59,124 nucleotides of DNA from an uncultured virus (IMG/VR IMGVR_UViG_3300031182_000003) (Duplodnaviria; Heunggongvirae; Uroviricota; Caudoviricetes): IMG/VR virus record IMGVR_UViG_3300031182_000003; one strand, given 5' to 3'. The translations under genes and the position numbers were made by a program. Positions 44,539-56,200 of the stretch are shown here, piece by piece. Numbering within the stretch: the first letter of the stretch is position 1; the number at the start of each line of letters is the position of its first letter. The notes beneath the pieces are model-generated. The model made no database searches. It had not been told where the DNA came from and saw only the letters and a list, made by a program, of their open reading frames with translations.

Positions 44539-44567
44539 ATTATATCTTAGCCCACAGTCATGTGGAA
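44539..44567 (-). promoter_or_regulatory. Possible internal promoter in the structural cluster
   Basis: TTCCAC-N17-TATAAT, with the -10 in one of the few intergenic gaps. Confidence 0.35.
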
Positions 44568-45767
44568 CTCTCGGGCTGAGAGATTTACCGGCGAGCCCGG
44601 AGCCGTTGCGTCGCCGATGACGACAGACACCGACGCGATGGCTGAGTAGTTGCCGCCCTTGTCCACAACCCACAACCCATAAACGTAGTAGTTGTTGTCC
44701 GGCACATCTTCGATGTATTCCACCTGATCCAAATTCGTGATCTTGGCAACCGTAATAGCATCATTCCCGTCGTAGCTCGGCAGGGAGCCGTCATAGCTTT
44801 TGCGCCGGATCAGGATATGCGACAGGTCTACCTTGAATGCAATCGGGCCTACGACCGCGCTTGGCTCGCTTGTCATACCGACACGGTTTTGCGTGCGCAC
44901 TCGGTACATGGATGTGCGGCTGTCCGTACTATCCTGCACACGATCCCACTTGAGCGTTACTTGTGCATCGCCGCGATTTCGGTACAGGAACACATCCGCT
45001 GTGAGCCCGGTGATCGCATCCGGCGCATGACGGTCGATCATGTATTCGTAGAAGACGTTCGTCTTCACGCGGGCGATTTGTACCCATCGTCTTCCGTCGT
45101 CGGAGCGCTCGATGATGTATGGCCGGTCGGCGAGCGGCTCCCGAAGAAAAGCGTTGCGCAGTTCGCTGAGTTTGGAGTATCTCTGCTCGTCGATAGCCGC
45201 GTCAATCCGATAATAGTACATTTTGCCGCCCGGCACGGCGACATCCCACCGGAGGATGACCCGGTTGCGTTCCAGATCTTTCTCCAGCGTTACGTTTGTC
45301 GGCGCGGCGGGTGCCGATGTATCTTTGGCTTCCGGCCCATAGTACGTCTTTCCGGGTTCCTCAATTTCATAATCCCATACTTGGACGCCATCAAAATGAT
45401 ACTCCGGCACCCGAACATCCGCATTGAAGGGAATCGGTTCGTCGAAGACAACCTTGCCTTCTACGGTGTCCAGCACGAAATCAAACCGTTCCTCGCCGTT
45501 CACTATAACCTTGAACGGGAAGTTCTGGTCGTTGTGCTTCAGCAGGATATTGTTGTGAGCAACGGCATAGGTGCGCTCGCTTTCCCGCACAAGCTTCTCA
45601 TTCGTGACTTTGATTGGATTGATTCCCTTCGGGTGTTCGACCTTCATCACGACGCGATCCAAGCTCATCTTGTGGTTGATGTCCGGTTGCTCGTCACGAA
45701 ACACCCGATAATATTGGGTTTCCGAATCCTGATTCCGGTTCCATGTCAATCTGATTCGATTTGGCAA
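44547..45767 (-). CDS. FN3-like virion protein (406 aa)
   Basis: IRLTW, PAAPTNV, YYYRI, ILIRRK motifs; paralog of the next gene. Confidence 0.75.
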   Translation of the reverse strand: MPNRIRLTWNRNQDSETQYYRVFRDEQPDINHKMSLDRVVMKVEHPKGINPIKVTNEKLVRESERTYAVAHNNILLKHNDQNFPFKVIVNGEERFDFVLDTVEGKVVFDEPIPFNADVRVPEYHFDGVQVWDYEIEEPGKTYYGPEAKDTSAPAAPTNVTLEKDLERNRVILRWDVAVPGGKMYYYRIDAAIDEQRYSKLSELRNAFLREPLADRPYIIERSDDGRRWVQIARVKTNVFYEYMIDRHAPDAITGLTADVFLYRNRGDAQVTLKWDRVQDSTDSRTSMYRVRTQNRVGMTSEPSAVVGPIAFKVDLSHILIRRKSYDGSLPSYDGNDAITVAKITNLDQVEYIEDVPDNNYYVYGLWVVDKGGNYSAIASVSVVIGDATAPGSPVNLSAREFHMTVG

Positions 45768-45772
45768 CGGTA

Positions 45773-47047
45773 TCAGCCTCCTGCATCCGTGCCGATCTCG
45801 ATGATTCTGTCGGCAAGTTCAAAATACGTCTCGAAGTTCTCGTTGAGTATATTATCCCCCTTCGTCTGTCCGGGAAACAAGATGATATTTCTCCACGGCG
45901 TATGATCGCTGATGACGTACAGCGGCTCGGCCTCCATATCGAACTCGTCGGTATAGAAGATTGTGTAGCCGTATTTGAGCGCGTCCGACAACTGATCGTC
46001 GATCAGGCTGATGACAGGGCTTGTCACATCGACATTGCCTTCATTCAGCCGGAATACGTCAATTGCATCTGCGCCGTTTTTGCTGGACGGAGAACCATTG
46101 TCTTCTTTGCGCCGGATCAGAATCTCCTTCGGACGGGCCCGGATGATGCAAGGCTCAATCTCCAGCCATTCGGTTGCTTCCCCGGTGATGTCTTCTGTAC
46201 GTATCCGATACCAATAGCTCGACCGCTCGTACTCCTGCCAATAGAACCACGGATTGTCGAACTCAATCAGCGCCTCTTTGGACGACAGCGGCGTGATCGA
46301 GAGATTTCGCACGTTGGTCGGCGGGTCAATGAGGATTGGATCGTCATACCAGTCGATCATGTTACTGAATGCAACGGGCTCCCATGTGACGCGATCTTTC
46401 GACCGTTCGATGCGGAAGAAAACCTCCGCAGGATCCTGTATAAGCTCGATGCTTTTCGTTACGGAGTATGGCGAATAGTTGCCGTCGGAGTCTTTGGCCC
46501 GAATCCGGTAGAAATAAAGCATCGGAAGCGGATCGTTCAGATAATGGATCTCGATCTGCCGAGTCGTATAGTTGTACGAAAGCTGAACCCGGATAGGAAG
46601 CCGGAGCCCGGTGGCCGGAGGGCCGACATAAGAGACTCCGCTTTGGGCTCCGTAATCATCCTTGAAGTCGATGGCCTGATAATTGTAGGACATGTAGACG
46701 TTGCGGCCATCGGCAAGACCAAGATCGCCATTGTGGATTTCGATCATCTTCTCGTTCGAGAACAACAAAACATCGCGAGGCAATACCGCTGTGTCGCCGA
46801 CGAACACTTCGGGGAACGGATCCTCATCAAAGTGACGGGAAACATGGAAGGCGTACGGCGTTTCCGTATCCCTGACGAGTTGTTCGGCATCCGCCCGGTG
46901 CGTTGTTTTGAACGCGGACGGCTCAAAGATCGTGGCGATCAGCTTGCCGTTTTTGGCAATGTCCGCGTCCGTCGAGCGGTAAATCTCGAACGTTACGTCA
47001 TTGATATGGACATGTTTGTCGATATGCAATACAACTCGGCGTGCCAT
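45773..47047 (-). CDS. FN3-like virion protein (424 aa)
   Basis: YFYRIRAKDSDGNYS, IERSKD..W, ILIRRK motifs. Confidence 0.75.
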   Translation of the reverse strand: MARRVVLHIDKHVHINDVTFEIYRSTDADIAKNGKLIATIFEPSAFKTTHRADAEQLVRDTETPYAFHVSRHFDEDPFPEVFVGDTAVLPRDVLLFSNEKMIEIHNGDLGLADGRNVYMSYNYQAIDFKDDYGAQSGVSYVGPPATGLRLPIRVQLSYNYTTRQIEIHYLNDPLPMLYFYRIRAKDSDGNYSPYSVTKSIELIQDPAEVFFRIERSKDRVTWEPVAFSNMIDWYDDPILIDPPTNVRNLSITPLSSKEALIEFDNPWFYWQEYERSSYWYRIRTEDITGEATEWLEIEPCIIRARPKEILIRRKEDNGSPSSKNGADAIDVFRLNEGNVDVTSPVISLIDDQLSDALKYGYTIFYTDEFDMEAEPLYVISDHTPWRNIILFPGQTKGDNILNENFETYFELADRIIEIGTDAGG

Positions 47048-47048
47048 A

Positions 47049-50000
47049 TTACCCCTCCACTACTGACAGACTGAACGTCGGACGTTCCACAGCGACATCC
47101 ACGTTATCTTCAACGTCGATCACTTCGACCACAAGGTCTTCGGGAATCGACAGAAGCTCGTCGGAGTCTTCGATGAACTCGATAATCGGCAGGATGCCGT
47201 AACCAAGATGCTTCGCCAGCTTTTCCTCGACTTCGGATTTTGTGAACCGCCCGCCGTACTCTTTCAGTACCTTCCGCGTGATGCGGAATACGGCCACGGC
47301 GTTTTCCGAATACGGCTTTCCATCCCAACTGCCGATATCCCAATAGAAGAACGATTCGCTCTCGAACTCACGCATGATTGCTTCGTTGATCTCCGGCTTC
47401 AGCCCGCCGCCGCGCATCCGGGTATCGAGGAATCGAATGCTCTCTCGGTTGGAGTTTGGCCGGACGTGAATCTTGGCAATCAGCAATACGTTCGGTTCAT
47501 CGACCTTCTCGAAGGCATGAAACAGCGTTGCTTTCTGGATACCCTGAATCTCGTATCCGTTATCTGTTGGCACCATCTTCATCGTTGGCCGCAGATACAG
47601 GTAGATGGTTTCGTTAATCAACCAGAAGCTCGGCAAGTCTTTGACCGTGCCGTCGTATTTGTCCCGGATGGTAACATAGTGGCCCGCCGTCGGATTCAGA
47701 TCAAGGCTCCAGAACCGACCGGATTGTTCGTCATAATACCCCCGGTACACATACGCTTCTTCCTCGTACTGATAGTACACTTCGATATTGTCGTTCTGCG
47801 TGATTTTGCCATCAAGCTCAAACACGCCGTCGAAGGTACTCCACGACCTGATGTTGATGGGTTTGCCGTTAACGCGCACCGTTGCATTCAGAACTTTCTC
47901 GCCGTCGAACTCGATATACAACGGTGTGTACATCACTTTGATTTGGCTGTCATTCAGGATGCGCGGCTTTTCCTTTTGCACCTGCACATACGGCACACCG
48001 AGTTGAGGAATGAACCCTTGGCGGTAGTATTCCGGGATGGAATAGCAGTAGGTAACGACCTTATCATCCTCAACAACATTCCGTTCAAACCGACCGTTTT
48101 TGATGCGGAGATACCAACTATACCGGGACTCTATTTCGCGCGGCGGCAACACCTGAATTTGCTGGTTGTCGTTCAATCGAAGCGCATACGTGTGATTGAA
48201 CTTGTAGGCGTAATACTTTGAAGTCGCGATCACATGGTAGACGTTCTCCACATCCATGTAGTTGATCGGAATGATGTTGCCGCTGTTGTAGGTGGCAAGA
48301 ATCCGGTCAACAGGCTTGTCCTTGATGTAGATGGAGATCGCCGCGTGCGCTTCCAGTTGCACTTCGATTCCGTACCGGTATTTGTCGTTCAGGTATTTTT
48401 GCGGAATGCTGAAGGTGTCATACTCCATCACCGCTACTTCCTTGTCGCCTTCGTCCGGGCTGATCGTGAAGTTGATCGTGTTGCCAAGGTCGAAGGATTC
48501 CTGAAGCCCTGCGAGATCAAAGAAGAAGTAACGCAGGAACGTTCCGATGCGCGGCGACAGCGCGTCAACGGCGAGCGTCTGATTGCGCTCGCAAACTTCC
48601 CGGATCTGCTCGTAGTTGCTGAAAGTCACAACACACAGGCTGATCTTTTTGTTTTTGGCCTCGATGATCTTCTCCTCAAGCGCCCCGAACGATTCGTACC
48701 GCCCGTCTGTTACCAGCACCAAGAATTTCAAGTTCGTTATCTCGGTGGAGACTCGATTGAATTTCTCCGGGATCTTATCCAGCTTCTCGATGGCCGCGTC
48801 GATGGCCGGAAACGGGTATGTGATGTCGGAGTCCTCCACATCCTTCAAGAACTTCTGAATTAACGCTTCGGAATCTCCGATCATTTCTTCTTGGAACGGA
48901 TTCACCGTATAGTTATAGGCAAATCCGTTTACGGCAAATTCGGGATGGAAGTTGCGGGCCGAGTTTACGATATCCCGGATAATGATCGACCGCTGGCTTT
49001 TGTCGGAGTCGTATCGCTTAATCGAATTGCTGGCGTCAATAACGAAGCTGATGTTCGCAACCGTGTTCGGAACGCCCTTGAGAGGCCGGATGCGAAACTT
49101 CAGCTTTCCGGTTTCCTCGATAGGGGATTGACTCCTGCGGGCGTTCATCGGGATCCGAATCCGCTGAACACCGGAGACGTTTGTCGTCGCGTACACCGGC
49201 GATGAACCGTCCAGTCGGGTAAAGACTTTCACCACATCGTTGTCAGAAATGACAAAGTATTTCTTCTTGGCCCGGACATCATAGAAGAAATCCTTGTCCG
49301 CGAAGTATTTCATGATCTCCTCTGCCGTTGTGGACGTGAGGAGTTTGTTGCCGTTCACGTATTCGTTGCGTTCTTCGACAGTCAACGAGTTGATATTGAA
49401 GACGTTGTCCGAATACCACGGCGTCGTGAAGATGTGCTTTTCGCCTTTGATCTCGATCTCAAGACCAACCTGATACCGGAAGAACTCCGGTTTTCGGGTG
49501 TCGTCAATCGGCGGCGTCGGCACGTAGAATTTGCTGTAAGCCGGATGCGTGCCGTTGGCCTGATAGTACGTTGGCGAATTGTCCCGGCGACGCACCTGAT
49601 CGAGAATCTTCACCATATCGTCAAGCCGGGTGAACGCCCTGTGCAGGTTCAGCGATTCCCGGTATCCGGCGAATGTTTCTGTGCGCCCGTCAGGCAAAAC
49701 GTTGACGGCGTTGTACACGACGCTGTATGTATCGCTCTCGCTGTCTTTGAACGAGGTGAACACGATGATTTTGTACAGGTTCTTATGGTTCGGCTCCTCA
49801 ATCAATTGCACCCGGTACGGGCGATCAATCGGTTTGCCAAACCGGTCTACAATCGTAATGCCGGTGCCCTGATACATCCCGTACTCGTCCGGCCCCATCT
49901 TGTCGTAATGCCAATACGTCAGCACTTGGGCATAATATAGCGGCGTTTCACCCTGAAAAATGTTCGTGATCAGAACATCCGTCGTCGGCAGTTCCATGCG

Positions 50001-50246
50001 GCCATCCTCTGTCGCCAGCAGGAGGGAATTGTCCGGGTGCATGAAGATGTCGCCGATTTGGGCGTTCCGCGTATTTTCCATGATTGTATTGGAAAGATCG
50101 GTTATAAGCACATTCTCCCGGCTGTTGACAGCCGGGATGTGTGCATAGGCCAGGTTGACCGCGTCCTTTGGGACGCGGTTTCCGAGCCGGATTCGGTATT
50201 GGCCTTCCGTAATTTCTTTGATGTGGGCTTTTGTTGGCAGAAACAT
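47049..50246 (-). CDS. Virion structural protein with internal vWA domain (1065 aa)
   Basis: ISFVIDASNS (MIDAS DxSxS), TYP, LVLVTDG. Confidence 0.78.
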   Translation of the reverse strand: MFLPTKAHIKEITEGQYRIRLGNRVPKDAVNLAYAHIPAVNSRENVLITDLSNTIMENTRNAQIGDIFMHPDNSLLLATEDGRMELPTTDVLITNIFQGETPLYYAQVLTYWHYDKMGPDEYGMYQGTGITIVDRFGKPIDRPYRVQLIEEPNHKNLYKIIVFTSFKDSESDTYSVVYNAVNVLPDGRTETFAGYRESLNLHRAFTRLDDMVKILDQVRRRDNSPTYYQANGTHPAYSKFYVPTPPIDDTRKPEFFRYQVGLEIEIKGEKHIFTTPWYSDNVFNINSLTVEERNEYVNGNKLLTSTTAEEIMKYFADKDFFYDVRAKKKYFVISDNDVVKVFTRLDGSSPVYATTNVSGVQRIRIPMNARRSQSPIEETGKLKFRIRPLKGVPNTVANISFVIDASNSIKRYDSDKSQRSIIIRDIVNSARNFHPEFAVNGFAYNYTVNPFQEEMIGDSEALIQKFLKDVEDSDITYPFPAIDAAIEKLDKIPEKFNRVSTEITNLKFLVLVTDGRYESFGALEEKIIEAKNKKISLCVVTFSNYEQIREVCERNQTLAVDALSPRIGTFLRYFFFDLAGLQESFDLGNTINFTISPDEGDKEVAVMEYDTFSIPQKYLNDKYRYGIEVQLEAHAAISIYIKDKPVDRILATYNSGNIIPINYMDVENVYHVIATSKYYAYKFNHTYALRLNDNQQIQVLPPREIESRYSWYLRIKNGRFERNVVEDDKVVTYCYSIPEYYRQGFIPQLGVPYVQVQKEKPRILNDSQIKVMYTPLYIEFDGEKVLNATVRVNGKPINIRSWSTFDGVFELDGKITQNDNIEVYYQYEEEAYVYRGYYDEQSGRFWSLDLNPTAGHYVTIRDKYDGTVKDLPSFWLINETIYLYLRPTMKMVPTDNGYEIQGIQKATLFHAFEKVDEPNVLLIAKIHVRPNSNRESIRFLDTRMRGGGLKPEINEAIMREFESESFFYWDIGSWDGKPYSENAVAVFRITRKVLKEYGGRFTKSEVEEKLAKHLGYGILPIIEFIEDSDELLSIPEDLVVEVIDVEDNVDVAVERPTFSLSVVEG

Positions 50247-50248
50247 GG

Positions 50249-53200
50249 CTACACCCCACTTACACCCAACAGGATTTGCTCCCGAATCGGCTGAAGATTG
50301 TTGTCATACGTTTCAGCCTCAATCAAGACGTAACCGTCTGTGGAGTCTGTTTCAAGGCGACGGTTCACAAACTCGAACTCCGCTGTGAAGTTCAGGCCCG
50401 CTACCGGTTCGACCACCGTATCCTGCGACAAGACGACAATATTGCGCCGGTCGCTCGGCTGATAGGTGTACTGAACCTGCAATTCTCCGCGCTCATCCGT
50501 CGTTCCGATCTCCGGTTCAAGAACGCCTTGATCGGTGTACATCTGCACGTTGCGGCCCGCCAGCGGCTCGTTGTTTGCGCCCATCACCTTTACTTTCAAT
50601 TGTACAACATCTCCAAGCTCGACCATATTCTTTTCCGGCAAAATGGCGATTTTGTTGACCGAGTATGGTTCTACGAAGAAAACCTCCACGGTCTTTGAGA
50701 TTTGCTTGGAAACGTCGCGGGAGATAACGCTGATATTGATCGTTGCCTTCGAGAGCTTTGTTGATTTCGGCGCGATATACAGCGCCGTTACCATACCGTT
50801 CTGGTCGCTGATGCGCTTCAGCACTTGGATGCTTCCCACGTTGCAACTGAAATCGGCTTTTTCTCCGACAACCGGGTTGCCGAACTCGTCGAGAATGATG
50901 GCGTTGATGATGACCTTGTCCTCCGAGCCCTTGTACAACGTGTTCGGATTGAACTGCACATCGAGCGTAAACGGCGGATAAACCGTATCGGTCAGGTAGA
51001 TAAAGCCGCTGTTGATCTTGCTCCGAAGCGGGTTTAGGTCTACTTCCTTCGCCAGATAATACGCCGTCTCCTTGTTGACCTCGTATTTGATGTCCAGATA
51101 CCGGGTCGCATCGTTGTTCGGATCGAACGACGTATGCACTTTAATCTGGCAGTAATCCTCCAGCGGTGCGTAGTTGTAATGCACATAGAAGGAATCCTTC
51201 AGTTTGTACAACACGCGGAACTTGGTGCCGGACGGGAAATAGCTCGGCAAAACCACTCGGTTCTCGATCAATTGCACATCTTCAACCTGCGCCCACCCTT
51301 CACCGTTCGGCGCATATACTTCCAACGTTCTCGGGTCGATGCCGGTGTATTGCAGGAACAGGTAGCGCTGATGTTCAACCAGCGGCTCCTCCATATTCGT
51401 CAGCGTTGGGTGCCCAAGATCATCTCGGAAATGTACCTGCCGCAATTGTACTCCAGCGGCGTTCTTGATGCAGATCGGGCTACCATGCTGAGGAATTGGC
51501 TTCAACACAACGCTTTGATCGTCCTTGTCGAAGTAGATGCGGATGTTTTGATACAGTACATCTCCGGCCCGCTGTGTCGCCCGGGCGAATACACGCTCTG
51601 TTCCTCGCGGATTGGTTCGCAACTGAACCGGATACACCGGGTCAATCTGGAGATGGTAATCCGTGAAGGCGAAGTTGTCGTTGAACTCGACGCCGCGCGA
51701 CGCCAGATAGTCGTACACAATATCCTCCACGATTTTATCCGTGATGGGATATTCCTTCTGATCCATAATCAGTTCGCCGACCATTGGCACCGCATAAGTT
51801 TCGAGCGCGACGCCTTCTTTGATATGGCCGCCAAGGCGCACCTCCAAGATTTTCGGAACCACCCGAGTCAATTCGTACAACACCGGATTCACATGGATAT
51901 TTGACACCTTCGGCCCAACGTAGGCATTGGATACAACCGCCATGCTTTTCAGAATCGGCGTCACCGGCGTACACTTTGAGGTGTTGACCGAAATGCGGTC
52001 AATTCTCGTCGTACCACGACCGCCGTAGTACATGTTGAGGTTGAACTTCATGACATCCGATCCGTAGTTGATAAGGACAGGCCCATTAACCTCGTAGAGT
52101 TGTTTTGTACCTGTGCGGATATGCACGCGGATTCTCGCCTTACGAGCATTCGGAAAACTCGTCAAGTCCATCATGTATCCCTTGGGCTGATAGTTGCCGC
52201 CGATATGGTGATGAACAGGCGGTTCCATCACAAACCACTGGCTTTGCACTCCATCTTGGTTTTCAAGCTGAATCTCAACCCGAACGTAAGGAGCCTGTTG
52301 GATAAACAGATCCCAGTCTACCTCAAAGTTCAAGCCTCCGATCCACACGTCGGGACGGGAAACTTCCGCACTGGTGACTTCAAACCACGGCGTTTCGTAT
52401 GTGCCTTGATCGGGATACGGCCATCGCTCTTTTTCGTTCATCGAATGTCCATGAACGTTAACGCCCGAATAGTAGTTCGGATTGCCGTGGGCCGTAATCG
52501 GATAGATATCCATATTGTTGTTGATGCCGTCTTTGAACTTGTTGTAGTTCACGCTGACATAATTATAGTGCGCCGGTACAGACGGCTCAATTTCAATACG
52601 GTATCTAATGTGGGTTGTGCCATTAACATTCAACAAGGATGGTAGCACAGCCGACGCCTCTCCATTGAGATAAGTCTCCTTAATCTCGTAGGAATGTTCG
52701 TGAGTCCATACCCCATTGATTTTGTACTGTATGAAGAATTTGACGTTCTTCCAGTCTCCATTCCCATTCAGTACGATGCTCAAGACTTTGTCGAGGATTC
52801 CAACCGGGATTTCCTCCGACGTATAGGTAGCCTTCATCGACTTGTCGATAACCGAAATCGAGCCATCCGTGTTGATGCTCATGTTCGTGCGCCCGGAATG
52901 ACTGGAGAAGTCTGCGTACGTGTCTTTCATGAAGTGTATGGATGTACAATCCACCAAAGACGGTTTGAGCTTGATGCGGTACATCATCCAGCCTTGCAAC
53001 GGCGCAGACGGAATGCCATTTCTCCACGATGATTCGATCATGGAAGCATTCATAACATCCTGTGCCGTTGCGCCAAAGACGCTTTGAACAACATATTCGG
53101 CATTATCCGGTTCAATCTGGACACTGAATGCCAAGTTGGCGGCGTCTCCTACATAAACCGGTTGCGACGTGTACATACCTTCCTGCGTCAGATTGCTCAG

Positions 53201-56200
53201 TCGAATGCTGTCTCCGGCAACGATCAGGTTTTTTGCCCGGCTCGGATCGAAGTTGGACGGCGTAATGGTAAACGTCGGCCCCGGAGCGATGCCGCGCGTA
53301 AGCTGAATGATAATGGCGAGATACTCCTTGATGGCGGACGAAATTCCTATCGTATAGTCCTTCGTGTCCGGGTCGTACACAAAAGAAGCCGGAATCCACG
53401 GGCTTTCCGCTGTCGGCGTTCGGTAATTATGGTTCGGATCATCGAACGTCACCGTAAAGAATTTCACGTCCGAGGTTCCCGGAATGTCCAGCGTAACACG
53501 AAGCGTGCCGAGCGAATCCACGTTTTTTCCCAAATGGATCGGTGCCGTGATGTACATTCCGTCGGCGCTGGTTGCGATATTGTCGATCATCACAGCATTG
53601 CCGACAACAATCGTGCGGGTGCGGGTGCCTTGGCCGAGCAGAAAACTGTCGAAGTAGTAATCCGGTACTTCGGTATCTTTTCGATACCCTTCATACAGTT
53701 TAATGCGGTAGCGGATTTTGTCGGCGGTTTCCGGCAGATTGATTGGTTCGCCTACCGTCTGCGGATACCAAGTTTCCACATTGCCGAGGTAGTCGCTCGC
53801 ACCCACTTCGACCTCGAAGCGTGCGCCGCCGGAAGCGGCTTCTCCGTCATAGATGACTTCAATCGGATACCAGTCCGTCACAGGCCGCCCGAACCGGAAG
53901 ATCCGCGACGTAAAGACTCCTTCAGCGGCGTCATCCTTCAGACAGATCGAGCCGTATTCCTTATCCAGCGTGATGCCTTCACCGACTTCGCCTTGCAGGA
54001 AGTCTGCACGGGTTGTATCGACGAAATGAAAGTCTTGTGCATCGTAATGGCGAGCGCCGAATGCTTTGATGATGTACGGGAACTTCATCACGTACATCTC
54101 GTCGATATCACCATCGCGCGGGCGTACGCGGTCGTCAACGTACAGGAACCATTCTTGCTGGTTCAAATAGTAGTACCCGGAATGGATGGACGGATACCAT
54201 GCCGTTTGCGTTTCGTTGATGATGCGGGCCTGCATCGGCAGTTCGATGAATGTGCTGTCCTCCGGGAAGAAATTCGTGACTTCCCGCTCCAGCGTGATTT
54301 CGACGTTCGGATTCGTCGAGGTCAGAATCAGCTTGTAGTTGCTGATCGGTGTTTTTGCGTTGATCTCTTGCCACATCAAATCAAACAGCGGCGATGGAAT
54401 CCGGTCGGTAAATTTCAACACCGCGCCCGCAACGACTTCTTGCAACTGGCCCACCGACCGGGCGGATTCCCAAATACGATTGTAAGTGACGCCCTCAATC
54501 GTCTCCTGATACTCGCCTGTGATGTAGACCTCATATCGGAATACCTCCAGATTGGGAGCCGGAGATTGAATATTTCGCACAACAAGGTCAAGGCCGTCGC
54601 CGACGCCGGATTGGAAAGCCGAAATCTTCGGCATCCCCTCCTTCTCGTGGTCGTACGAAATGCCATAGAACGGATCCTCCAGATCGCTCGGATCAATTGG
54701 ATCCGGGATATTCGGAATGACGTGCGGCGTCGTGAACTCGACCGTATTGCTTCGCAGGCTATCGCCGTTGTCGTTGTAAGCAACGATGTACATATGGTAC
54801 GTGGTGTTCGGAAGCAATGTGCTGATCGTGTGTTCACGCAGATCTTTCGGCACCGCCGCCGCAAATGCGCCGTCGCCGAAGAAAATCTTGAAGCCGACCG
54901 CCGGGAAGTGTTCGTCCTCCTCGTACACCCACGTCAACCTGACGCTGGTGGTGTCCAGCACTTCAGCCCGCAGATCCATCGGCGGCAGAGGCTTGCCGGT
55001 CTGATCTCGCCCATCAGATAGCGTTATGGCCGTCGCCAGCGGCGTGAACGGCCCTTTGCCACCCCGGTTGAACGCCCGAATTTTCCGCTGATAGACGTTC
55101 AGCGAGTACAGGCCAGTTTCAATGTATTGCTCAGTATTGGCCGGGATCGTTGCGATCAGATTGTCGTGCTGGTCGTAAAGCTCGAAGCCTTCTTCGTCAT
55201 GGTTGATGTCCTTCCAGAACCAGTAGATGGTTGTGTCGGACACCCCAATGCCGTAGAAGTTCACCGGCGCATTCATCGGCGGAGCCGGAAGTTCGTCCAT
55301 TGTCGTGACTTCAAACGGGTTGGACGGTTCGGAATGACCCGCCGAGTTTCTCGCCCGCACGCCGCGCACATACGTTGTGGATGGCGACAATCCCGTCTCC
55401 AGATACGACGATGTACCCTTTGGCAAATCGTTAACCAGAACGATGATATTGCCAAGCTCATCCCATGTGATGAGTTCATATGCCGTCTCATTGAAGGCAT
55501 TGTCATTCCACGTCCACAGGATGGATCGGTCGGAGATCGGCGTACCTTGGAAATTTGTCGGCTTGATCGGAATTGTACTTGCGGTTGTTATAGTTACCAT
55601 GTTGGATGCCGCGCTCTCACCTGCGGCATTGAAGGCAACAACAACCCGCTTGTACGTCGTGCTTTCGGCAAGTCCGGTTTCCGTGTACTCCAGCACGTCT
55701 TCGGCAACCGTTGCGATGAGGTTGCCTTGATCGTCATAGATATGGAATCCGTCTTCGCTGTCATCCGCATGTTCCCACGTCAGCTTGATGCTGTTCAGCC
55801 CGAGCGCTTGGCCGACCAAATTTGTTGGAGCCAGCGGCGGCGAAGTGGGCAATTGCTGATAAGCATAAATTTTGGATGCCGGATCTGAGGTAACATTCGC
55901 GCCTTCCGTCCGGTCAAAGATCACATGGACGCGAGGTTCGGACGATGACAGACGAAAAGACTTCCATGTGAACGATTCGTAGTTCACATTACTCAGAAAG
56001 GCATCCAGTATGGGTTGCAGGATTTGGGAGACGGATTGCATCGAGATCAGCTTTGCTGAAGCCGCATCGTAGAAGGCGTTTGTGACATTGTTATCTTTGA
56101 GAACTGTGGACAACGTGACCGGCGAGTTTGTTTTGGCTTGGAAACCTCTCCACTTCGCGAACTCCTGTCCTCTGACCCACGGCCCGAATGCGCCTTGACG

